A stretch of 53,421 nucleotides of DNA from an uncultured Flavobacteriales bacterium. Lineage in GTDB: Bacteria > Bacteroidota > Bacteroidia > Flavobacteriales_D > CAYVSK01. Position numbers and translations under genes: made by a program. Where the stretch lies: positions 1 to 53,421 of the forward strand of contig CAZAYA010000003.1 in NCBI GenBank assembly GCA_964489175.1. Direction: 5' to 3'. Below, piece by piece: positions 46,109-53,421 of the stretch. Below the pieces are notes generated by a model. It had not been told where the DNA came from, did no database searches, and was given only the letters and a program-made list of their open reading frames with translations. The stretch's first letter is position 1; the number at the start of each line of letters is the position of its first letter.

Positions 46109-47230
46109 TTGAACAAAAAGATCCTCATTGCCGTTACGAACGATCTCTCCACGGACCAAAGGGTGGACAAAGTAGCCCGAACCCTGCTCCGCAACGGGAA
46201 CGAAGTCACTTTATTCGGAAGGGAAATGAGATCGAGCCAGCCCCTGGATCAACGACCATACAAGACCCAACGTTTCCGCCTGCCTTTTGAAAAAGGCGCG
46301 CTGTTCTATGCCTGCTATAATATCCGGCTTTTCCTGACCCTCCTTTTCCGGAAAAGCAACCTCATCGTAGCGAATGACCTGGATACACTTCCAGCCAGCT
46401 TTTTGGCCGCCCGGCTCAGGAAGGTCCCTCTTGTCTTCGACAGCCACGAATATTTCACAGGTGTCCCTGAACTGGAAGGGAGACCCCTGGTACATAGCAT
46501 ATGGAAAAGGATCGAACGATCTATCCTCCCCAGGGTCAGGTTCGCCTATACCGTCAACCGCTCGATCGCCGATCTGTACGAAAAAGAATATGGTATCTGC
46601 ATGAAAGTCGTGCGTAACCTTCCCGACACAAACGGTCTGCAAAAAGAAAAAAGCCGGGAAGAGCTCGGGCTGCCAGTCGACCAAAAGATCGTCATTCTCC
46701 AGGGTGCCGGTATCAATGTGGACAGGGGAGGCGAAGAACTTATCGATGCCATGAAGTTCCTGGATGACACCCTCCTTCTGATCATCGGAAGCGGGGACGT
46801 AATACCGGCACTCCGGCGAAGAGCTACTGAGCAGGGCCTTGACGACAAGGTTCGCTTCATCGGGAAACTTCCCTACCTGGAAATGATGCAATACACAATG
46901 AATGCAGACCTTGGCGCAACCCTGGACAAGGATACCAACGTTAATTACCGATATAGCCTGCCGAACAAGCTGTTCGATTATATTCAGGCAGGATTGCCGG
47001 TCCTGGCCTCGGATCTTCCCGAGGTCGGAAAGATCGTTCGCGAACATGACCTCGGACTCCTGACCAAAGAGCACGACCCGGAACATCTGGCCGGCCATAT
47101 CCTAACCCTTTTCAACGACCCGGAAAGAATGAAGGAATTACAATACAACGTCCGGAAAGCAGCCGGCAAATTAAAGTGGGGAAAAGAAAAAGCTGTGCTG
47201 TTGTCCCTTTACCAGGAAGCCCTCACATGA
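46109..47230 (+). CDS. GT-B fold glycosyltransferase (GT4-like)
   Basis: The C-terminal half has the GT1/GT4 pattern (ILQGAGINVDRG..ELIDAM...LLLIIGSGD...LDDKVRFIGKLPY.EMMQYT...LG..L......YSLPNKLFDYIQAGLPVL). I prefer the TTG at 46109 because the -7 box lies inside the longer ORF 46010..47230. Confidence 0.85.
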   Translation: MNKKILIAVTNDLSTDQRVDKVARTLLRNGNEVTLFGREMRSSQPLDQRPYKTQRFRLPFEKGALFYACYNIRLFLTLLFRKSNLIVANDLDTLPASFLAARLRKVPLVFDSHEYFTGVPELEGRPLVHSIWKRIERSILPRVRFAYTVNRSIADLYEKEYGICMKVVRNLPDTNGLQKEKSREELGLPVDQKIVILQGAGINVDRGGEELIDAMKFLDDTLLLIIGSGDVIPALRRRATEQGLDDKVRFIGKLPYLEMMQYTMNADLGATLDKDTNVNYRYSLPNKLFDYIQAGLPVLASDLPEVGKIVREHDLGLLTKEHDPEHLAGHILTLFNDPERMKELQYNVRKAAGKLKWGKEKAVLLSLYQEALT

Positions 47231-48357
47231 GCCTGTCCCTTCATATAGTCTCCTTTGATATTCCTTATCCTGCTGATTATGGCGGTGTCATCGACGTATT
47301 CTACAAGGTACGGGCTTTAACGAACGTCGGGGTGAACATCCGTCTTCATTGCTTTCACAACGGCAGAAAACCCGCTGCTGAACTGGAAAAATACTGCAGC
47401 CAGGTCCACTATTATCCACGGAACTACTCCAAATGGCTCCATTTCCGCCCTCAACCTTTCATCGTTTCAAGCCGGGCCCATCCTGACCTTCCGAAAAATT
47501 TGCTGAAGGATGGTCATCCTATCCTCTTCGAAGGCCTTCATACATGCTATTACCTTTCCGACCCCAGGTTCAAAGACCGCCTAAAACTGGTCAGGACCCA
47601 CAACATCGAACATCATTATTACCGGTCCCTGGCCCTGACCGAAAGAAAACCGATCAAACGGAATTTCTTCAGGCTGGAAGCCCGGAAATTGAAGCGGTTC
47701 GAGTCAACTCTCCGGCATGCCGACCACATTCTGGCCATCTCCCCGAACGACCAGGCTTATTTCTCGGAAAAATTCGACCGGGTCCAATTCCTCCCAGCTT
47801 TTCACAACAACTGTGAGGACCACGCTCTGAACGGACGCGGAACCTTTGCCCTCTACCATGGTAATCTGGGAGTAGCCGAGAACAACAAAGCTGCATTATA
47901 TCTGATCCACGAAGTCTTCAAAGGATCCCATTTACCGCTTATCATCGCTGGTAGCAACCCCACTCCTCAGCTTCAGGAAATAGTCGTACAGCATCCGAAC
48001 ATTGAGCTGAAAGAGAACATTGAAGCCTCCGAAGTGGATGAGTTGGTCAGCCAGGCCCAGGTGAACATCCTTCCTACTTTTCAGAGTACAGGGATCAAAT
48101 TAAAATTGTTATCTGCTCTTTTCAAAGGGAGACACTGCCTGGTGAACGAACCCATGGTAAAGGATACAGGATTGGAGGAGTTTTGTCATATAGAGAACGA
48201 CCCCCGGGGCATGAAGGAGAAATTACACACCCTCATGGAGCAACCCTACTCCAACGAAGAACTCGAAATGCGAAAAAAAACTTTGGAAAATACCTTTTCC
48301 AATGCCCGGAATGCGGAAAAGATCAAAGCACTGCTGAAGAAGCATCCCCGACCTTAG
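47227..48357 (+). CDS. Glycosyltransferase (GT-B fold, group-1-like)
   Basis: The ATG overlaps the upstream stop (ATGA). The N-terminus is IVSFDIPYPADYGGVIDVFYKVRAL. The C-terminal half has YHGNLGVAENNKAA.YL...LPLIIAGSNP...NILPTFQSTGIKLKLL. Confidence 0.75.
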   Translation: MSLSLHIVSFDIPYPADYGGVIDVFYKVRALTNVGVNIRLHCFHNGRKPAAELEKYCSQVHYYPRNYSKWLHFRPQPFIVSSRAHPDLPKNLLKDGHPILFEGLHTCYYLSDPRFKDRLKLVRTHNIEHHYYRSLALTERKPIKRNFFRLEARKLKRFESTLRHADHILAISPNDQAYFSEKFDRVQFLPAFHNNCEDHALNGRGTFALYHGNLGVAENNKAALYLIHEVFKGSHLPLIIAGSNPTPQLQEIVVQHPNIELKENIEASEVDELVSQAQVNILPTFQSTGIKLKLLSALFKGRHCLVNEPMVKDTGLEEFCHIENDPRGMKEKLHTLMEQPYSNEELEMRKKTLENTFSNARNAEKIKALLKKHPRP

Positions 48358-49012
48358 CATCATGAATGCGGAGGGTCCGGGAGGGGAACTCCTTGAGAAG
48401 CATCAGATCATGGGTCGCCATTACCACGGCCCTTCCGTTCTCACTGATCTTGAACAACAAGCCCATGATCCCCTTGCTGATCTCGGGATCAAGGTTGCCT
48501 GTAGGCTCATCCGCCAGTATAAGGTCGGGATCGTTGACCAGAGCCCGCGCGATCGCCACACGTTGCTGTTCTCCTCCTGAAAGCTCATGAGGCATTTTGA
48601 ACCCTTTGGTCCCAAGACCAACCCGATCAAGGACTTCCTGTGCCCGTTCCTCTATTTTCTGTTTGTCCTTCCACCCAGTCGCTTTCATAACGAAATAGAG
48701 GTTGTCGTTGACCGTACGATCGGACAGCAATTGAAAATCCTGGAACACGATGCCCAGGTTACGGCGCAGGTAAGGGATCTGTCGCTTTTTCAGTTTGCGA
48801 AGATCGAAGCCCACGACCTTTCCTTCCCCTTCCCGGAGCGGTAATTCACCGTAAAACGTTTTCAGGAGACTGCTTTTACCGCTTCCCGTTTTGCCGATCA
48901 GGTAAACGAACTCCCCTTTATCCACCCGCAGGTCGACATCGGAAAGCACCAGATCCTTATCCTGGTGGATCTTGCATCCTTTCAGATCTATGATACCTTC
49001 TTCTTCTGCCAT
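48323..49012 (-). CDS. ftsE: Cell division ATP-binding protein FtsE (ABC ATPase)
   Basis: 229 aa with Walker A GKTGSGKSS, Q-loop FQDFQLL, signature LSGGEQQRVAIARAL and Walker B LILADEPTGNLD. Its 3' end overlaps the convergent glycosyltransferase gene by 35 nt. Confidence 0.9.
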   Translation of the reverse strand: MAEEEGIIDLKGCKIHQDKDLVLSDVDLRVDKGEFVYLIGKTGSGKSSLLKTFYGELPLREGEGKVVGFDLRKLKKRQIPYLRRNLGIVFQDFQLLSDRTVNDNLYFVMKATGWKDKQKIEERAQEVLDRVGLGTKGFKMPHELSGGEQQRVAIARALVNDPDLILADEPTGNLDPEISKGIMGLLFKISENGRAVVMATHDLMLLKEFPSRTLRIHDAKVGDASSAVL

Positions 49013-49183
49013 GATCGTAAAGGCTTGTAGCGTAAAGATGGGAAATATTCCGCACTCCGGTGCCTGATGCTCCTTTGTTGTCCGAGGATAATTTCAACAC
49101 GGCTGCGTTGATAAATTATCGCTTTTGTATCCCGCGACAGATGCAGCCCTTATTAGCTTTAAGGTCTGTAGAAGTTCATTCAC

Positions 49184-52100
49184 ATGCTTTCTGTGAAGCA
49201 GACCATCTTCCGTTCCATCTTGTTCCTCCTGTTGTCAGGAGTACTTCCTCTGGGCAGCAACGCTCAGAAATCGGCTCATTTCTACTTCCTGACGGAACAT
49301 CAGGACGCACTGGAATTGTATGACAAGGAAAAATATGCCGCTGCCCAGGCCAAGTTCGATCAGGTCACCGAGAACATCAGTGACCCCAATGATCGGGTCC
49401 GGGCCGAGGCTGAGTATTATTCCGCCCTGTGTGCCCTTCATCTTTTCAACAAAGATGCCCAATACAAACTCCGGGAGTTCATCGCCGATCATCCGGAGAG
49501 TCCCTGGCTCGTCCCGGCTTATTTCCAACTTGGAAAGTACAATTACCGCCGGAGACGCTATGAGAAAAGCATTGAATGGTTCAGCAAAGTGGAGGACTAC
49601 GACCTCTCAGAAGAACAGGTCGCCGAAAAATACTTCAAGGTAGGATACAGCCATTTCAAAGAAGAACAGTTCGAAAAAGCATCGCAGCATTTCTTCGAGA
49701 TCAAGGACCGCCAGGGATCCGATTATTTCGGTCCGGCCAATTATTACTATGCCCATATCGCTTACCAGAATGGGAATTACCAGACTGCTCTGGAAGCCTT
49801 CCTTAAGATCCGGAACCATCCGAACTTCAGGGAGATCGTTCCCTATTACCTGACCCAGATCTATTACCTGCAGGGAAAGTACGATGACCTCATCAACTAT
49901 GCCCCCCCTTTCCTCGATTCAGCAGGGACCAAAAGAGCCCCCGAGATCGCCCGTTTGATCGGGGAAGCCTATTACCGTACGGAACGTTACGAGGCCGCTG
50001 TACCCTATCTGGAGCAGTTCGCCGAAAAAACCTATGATATCAGCCGGGAAGACCACTACCAACTGGGGTATGCTTATTACAAGAGCGGTCAGCCCAACAA
50101 AGCCCTGGAACAACTCAAAAAGATCGTTAACGAAGAAGACAGCCTGGCCCATACCGCTTATTACCATATGGCCCATATCTACCTGGACCAGGAAGAGAAG
50201 AACTATGCCCGGAACGCCTTCCGCTCCGCCTCCCGGATGTTCTTCGATCCGGAGATCCGGGAAGAGTCGCTGTTCAATTATGCGAAACTGTCCTATGAGC
50301 TTTCCTTTGATCCTTATTACACTGCTGTAAGCGCTTTCCGGCAATTCATCGAAGAATATCCTGATTCTGACCGGATCGAAGAAGCCTATGAATACCTGAC
50401 CGACCTGTACCTGACCTCCAAAAATTACAAGGTCGCCCTGGAGTCTCTGGAGGAGATCAGGGACAAGAACATCCGCCTGCGGACCGCTTACCAAATGATC
50501 GCCCACAACCTCGGGGTCCAGCAATACCAGAACGGCAGGTACGGAGCGGCTATCCGGTATTTTAACAAAGCCGGGGAATACCCGGTGAACCCAAGGTTAC
50601 AGGCAAGAAGCCTGTACTGGAAAGCGGAAGCTCTGTACCAACAAAGGAAATTCGATGCCGCTATCCGGGCTTATGAGATCTTCCAGAAAGCCCCCCGGGC
50701 CTTTGTACTCCCACTGTACGATCTCGCCTATTACGGAAAGGGATATGCCCGCTTCGACCAAAAGAACTACGAAGAAGCTTCTCTGAGCTTCCGCAAATTC
50801 GCCGATCAGGAAAAAGTCAACCCTCAACGCCGGAACGATGCCCTGCTCCGGATCGGAGACTGTTACTATGTGCAAAAAGAATACTACAAGGCCGTGGACT
50901 ATTACCGGGAAGCTGTGGACCTGGGCAAGGTAGACCGGGATTACGCGCTTTACCAATTGGCGCTTTGTAACGGACTGATGCAGCAAGAAGAACAAAAGAC
51001 CGAAACCCTTCAACAGCTTATCAGAGAGCATCCTGACTCCCCCTATCTTGCAGAAGCCAAATTCCAACTGGGACGGTCTTCTCTCCGCCAGGAAAAGGAT
51101 CAGAAAGCACTGGAGTACTTCAACGCCGTGGTGGATGAGCACCCCAACGCCCGATACGTCAAAAAAGCCCTGTTGCAGATCGGCCTGATCCATTACCGAA
51201 AAGGGAATACAGACCAGGCCCTTGGTATTTTCAAACGTATCGTAGAGGAAAACCCCTCCTACGAAGCCTCCAGGGAAGCCCTCGACCGGATCAAGGACGT
51301 TTATGTGGACCTGGGCCAAATGGAGGATTACAACCGTTACGTGGCTGACCTTGAAGGGATCAATATCTCCAAGAAAGAGGTGGACATCGCCAACTACGAG
51401 TCAGCGGAAAAACGCTACATGAACGGGGAATACAAAGCAGCGATCAAAGCTTTCGACAAATACCTGGACCAATTCCATCCGGCCAACTTCGCTCTGAACG
51501 CCCATTTCTACAAAGCCGAAGCCGAGTACCGACTGGAATTGTATGAAAAGGCCCTGAAAGACTACGAATACGTCATTCAGCAACCGAACAACAAATTCAC
51601 TGAACCAGCCCTGGCCAGCGCTTCCAAATTGAACTACCGGGAGGAGAATTACGAAAAAGCCCTTCAGGAATACCAGGAACTTGAAAAGATCGCCGAATAC
51701 CAGGCCAACATCAGGGCTGCGCAGATCGGACAGATGCGCTGTCATAACCAACTCGACCATCACCTGAAAGCCATCAACTATGCCGATCAAGTACTGAAGG
51801 ATGAAAAGACCCCCCAACAGGTGATCGCTGAAGCCCTCCTGATCAAAGGGAAAAGCTACATAGCCGAGAAGAACTATGAAAAGGCCATGGTAGAACTCCA
51901 GGCAACCACGGACACCACGGACAGCGAATTCGCAGCCGAGGCCCAATATCTATCAGCGAAGGTCCATTATATCCGGGAAGAATACAAAGCCTCGGAAAAA
52001 GCCATTTTCGAACTGGTCCATCAAAAGCCTTCCTATGACCACTGGGTAGCTGAAGGGTTCCTGTTGCTGGCCGAGAATTACATCGCTCTGGGCGACCTAT

Positions 52101-52354
52101 TCCAGGCCAGGGAAACCCTGCAAAGCATTATCGAGCATCACAGCGACCCCGACCTTACCGGAAAAGCCAAGCAATTGCTCGAAAAGATCGATGAACTGGA
52201 AAAAGAACAAGAGGCCCGGGAACCCCTGGATGAAGAGGAATTGAAGATCGACCTGGGCGATGAGGAAGAAGGGTATGAAGAGCTGTTCGAAGACACCAGG
52301 GATACGACCCGGTCTCGAAAAATCCACGACCCCAAGCCCTCAGAAAAGGACTAA
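49184..52354 (+). CDS. Large secreted tetratricopeptide-repeat protein
   Basis: 1056 aa with the signal peptide FRSILFLLLSGVLPLGSNAQ and no lipobox Cys. TPR/YfiO-like helical repeats run throughout, and the C-terminal tail is acidic. Confidence 0.9.
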   Translation: MLSVKQTIFRSILFLLLSGVLPLGSNAQKSAHFYFLTEHQDALELYDKEKYAAAQAKFDQVTENISDPNDRVRAEAEYYSALCALHLFNKDAQYKLREFIADHPESPWLVPAYFQLGKYNYRRRRYEKSIEWFSKVEDYDLSEEQVAEKYFKVGYSHFKEEQFEKASQHFFEIKDRQGSDYFGPANYYYAHIAYQNGNYQTALEAFLKIRNHPNFREIVPYYLTQIYYLQGKYDDLINYAPPFLDSAGTKRAPEIARLIGEAYYRTERYEAAVPYLEQFAEKTYDISREDHYQLGYAYYKSGQPNKALEQLKKIVNEEDSLAHTAYYHMAHIYLDQEEKNYARNAFRSASRMFFDPEIREESLFNYAKLSYELSFDPYYTAVSAFRQFIEEYPDSDRIEEAYEYLTDLYLTSKNYKVALESLEEIRDKNIRLRTAYQMIAHNLGVQQYQNGRYGAAIRYFNKAGEYPVNPRLQARSLYWKAEALYQQRKFDAAIRAYEIFQKAPRAFVLPLYDLAYYGKGYARFDQKNYEEASLSFRKFADQEKVNPQRRNDALLRIGDCYYVQKEYYKAVDYYREAVDLGKVDRDYALYQLALCNGLMQQEEQKTETLQQLIREHPDSPYLAEAKFQLGRSSLRQEKDQKALEYFNAVVDEHPNARYVKKALLQIGLIHYRKGNTDQALGIFKRIVEENPSYEASREALDRIKDVYVDLGQMEDYNRYVADLEGINISKKEVDIANYESAEKRYMNGEYKAAIKAFDKYLDQFHPANFALNAHFYKAEAEYRLELYEKALKDYEYVIQQPNNKFTEPALASASKLNYREENYEKALQEYQELEKIAEYQANIRAAQIGQMRCHNQLDHHLKAINYADQVLKDEKTPQQVIAEALLIKGKSYIAEKNYEKAMVELQATTDTTDSEFAAEAQYLSAKVHYIREEYKASEKAIFELVHQKPSYDHWVAEGFLLLAENYIALGDLFQARETLQSIIEHHSDPDLTGKAKQLLEKIDELEKEQEAREPLDEEELKIDLGDEEEGYEELFEDTRDTTRSRKIHDPKPSEKD

Positions 52355-52357
52355 GCC

Positions 52358-53421
52358 ATGAAAGTCTTCCTGCGCAACATAATCCCTCTTCTTCTTCTGG
52401 CCGGTCCAGGAATGGGAACCCTGTTCGCTCAGACCGAAGACGACCAGGACCAGCTCCGGGAAGAGATCGTAACCGTGGGGGAATGGCAGCCCACCCTCAG
52501 TGGTGCCTCCAAGATCGGTCACAAACCCTCTTTGTACGACTCCACCCTCTCCCGACCGAAACTTCGCTACTCCAAGCTACCGCGCCGTATCGATACCGAT
52601 TTCCAGGTAGAACCTATCGAAGCTGCCAGGCTCCGGATCAGGGAACCACTCGACAAACTTTATCAAGGTTATGCCAAGGCCGGGATCGGGATGTACACGA
52701 CCCCCCTTGCCGAATTCTATTATAGCAGCGACCGGTCACGAGATAAGATCTACAGTGTACACCTCAAACACCTCTCCTCCACCGGAGGCGTGAAGGACCA
52801 CAAAGATCACAGCGGTTACAGTGATGACCGGATCGACCTGCGGGGCAAGTGGTTCCTGTGGCGTCATTCCATCGAAGCCAACCTGGGCTACGAACGCAAC
52901 ATGGTTCACCACTATGGTTTCTCCCCGAAATTGGATACCATCGGAAGGCTGGAAGAAGATGAGATCGAGCAACGGTTCAACCTGTTCAAGGGGAATGTCG
53001 AAGTTGCCAGTTATTACAAGGACAAAGAGAAGTTCAACCACCGCATCAAAGCGGATTATTACCATTTCCGGGACCGCTCCGGGGCGGCTGAGAACAATGC
53101 CACTCTCCAGGGACAACTGCGCCGGCATTTCAATGGAGAGCTTTTCAAACTCAACGCCTCCATCAACCACGACCATTATCAACGGGACATTGCAGGACCA
53201 GCAGACTCCAACCTGGTCTACAACCGGACCCTGGTCAAGATCAACCCCCAGATCGATTCCAAAGGAAAAGACTGGAAAGTCAGTGCAGGCCTGGGCATTC
53301 AAGCCGAATTCACCCATTCCGCCTTTTTCCATTTCTATCCGAACGCCTTTGCCCAATACAGCCTTTTCGACGATATCTTCATCCCCTATGTGGGGCTGAC
53401 CGGTGATCTGAACGGGAACAC
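52358..53421 (+). CDS. Partial (3'-truncated by the window end) predicted outer-membrane beta-barrel protein
   Basis: The ATG at 52358 lies 3 nt after the TPR gene stop. I translated this frame by hand and it stays open to the last base. The signal peptide is MKVFLRNIIPLLLLAGPGMGTLFAQ, followed by Y/F/N/D/G-rich alternating strands (KLYQGYAKAGIGMYTT, DLRGKWFLWRHSIEANLGYERN, WKVSAGLGIQAEF). It is absent from the ORF track because no stop falls in the window. Confidence 0.8.
   Translation, partial: MKVFLRNIIPLLLLAGPGMGTLFAQTEDDQDQLREEIVTVGEWQPTLSGASKIGHKPSLYDSTLSRPKLRYSKLPRRIDTDFQVEPIEAARLRIREPLDKLYQGYAKAGIGMYTTPLAEFYYSSDRSRDKIYSVHLKHLSSTGGVKDHKDHSGYSDDRIDLRGKWFLWRHSIEANLGYERNMVHHYGFSPKLDTIGRLEEDEIEQRFNLFKGNVEVASYYKDKEKFNHRIKADYYHFRDRSGAAENNATLQGQLRRHFNGELFKLNASINHDHYQRDIAGPADSNLVYNRTLVKINPQIDSKGKDWKVSAGLGIQAEFTHSAFFHFYPNAFAQYSLFDDIFIPYVGLTGDLNGN

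Noticed and set aside
49184-52354. Identification of the 1056-aa TPR protein as the T9SS component PorW/SprE.
   Set aside because: PorW/SprE are lipoproteins. This signal peptide (…LLSGVLPLGSNAQ) has no lipobox cysteine, and I cannot establish sequence similarity without a search. It is left as a generic TPR protein.
52736-53399. ORFs 52736..53356 (-) and 52821..53399 (+) from the track.
   Set aside because: Both are shadows of the hand-translated frame starting at 52358, which has a signal peptide and stays open to the window end.
1-53421. A search by eye for CRISPR arrays, IS elements or transposases, integrases, rRNA, toxin-antitoxin pairs and known defence-system hallmarks.
   Set aside because: I found no regularly spaced direct repeats, no DDE, serine or tyrosine recombinase motifs, and no rRNA-like sequence. 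The only helicase and ATPase genes (RecD-like, MutS-like, FtsE) are isolated and sit in housekeeping contexts.

Overview
This is a 53.4-kb chromosomal segment that looks like Bacteroidota. The evidence is two T9SS C-terminal sorting domains, DUF3822 and gliding-type cargo genes, and recurrent TAnnTTTG -7 promoter boxes. Gene packing is tight, with many ATGA/GTGA start-stop overlaps. Most of the window is housekeeping: ECF sigma with a partner gene, RecD-like helicase, rsmD-coaD, pyrE, birA, rsfS-ftsH-cdsA, dnaB, a MutS-family ATPase, psd, a SAM-riboswitch-led metX-hom operon, murB, two glycosyltransferases and ftsE. There are also several TPR, OmpA and peptidase genes.

The only clearly accessory block is a two-gene T9SS cargo operon at 25.7-33.5 kb. 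It encodes a 987-aa PKD/GEVED/CUB protein with a type-A CTD and a 1600-aa protein with 12 tandem repeats and a type-B gliding CTD.

I see no CRISPR array, rRNA, transposase or integrase. I do not see a convincing multi-gene novel system. The leads most worth a second look are:
- a tRNA-Pro-like element at the window edge whose 5' third does not pair, next to an orphan terminator;
- an ECF sigma partner that appears to combine an inner-membrane anchor with an outer-membrane beta-barrel;
- a SAM-I-type riboswitch separated from metX by a long spacer and an 81-aa ORF with atypical codons;
- the mixed type-A/type-B T9SS cargo operon, which has no adjacent PorP/SprF partner;
- a more AT-rich single-gene insert encoding a 517-aa all-helical orphan.

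A 5'-complete but 3'-truncated beta-barrel gene at 52358-53421 is missing from the supplied ORF track. Many long ORFs in the track are codon-aligned antisense shadows and were rejected.
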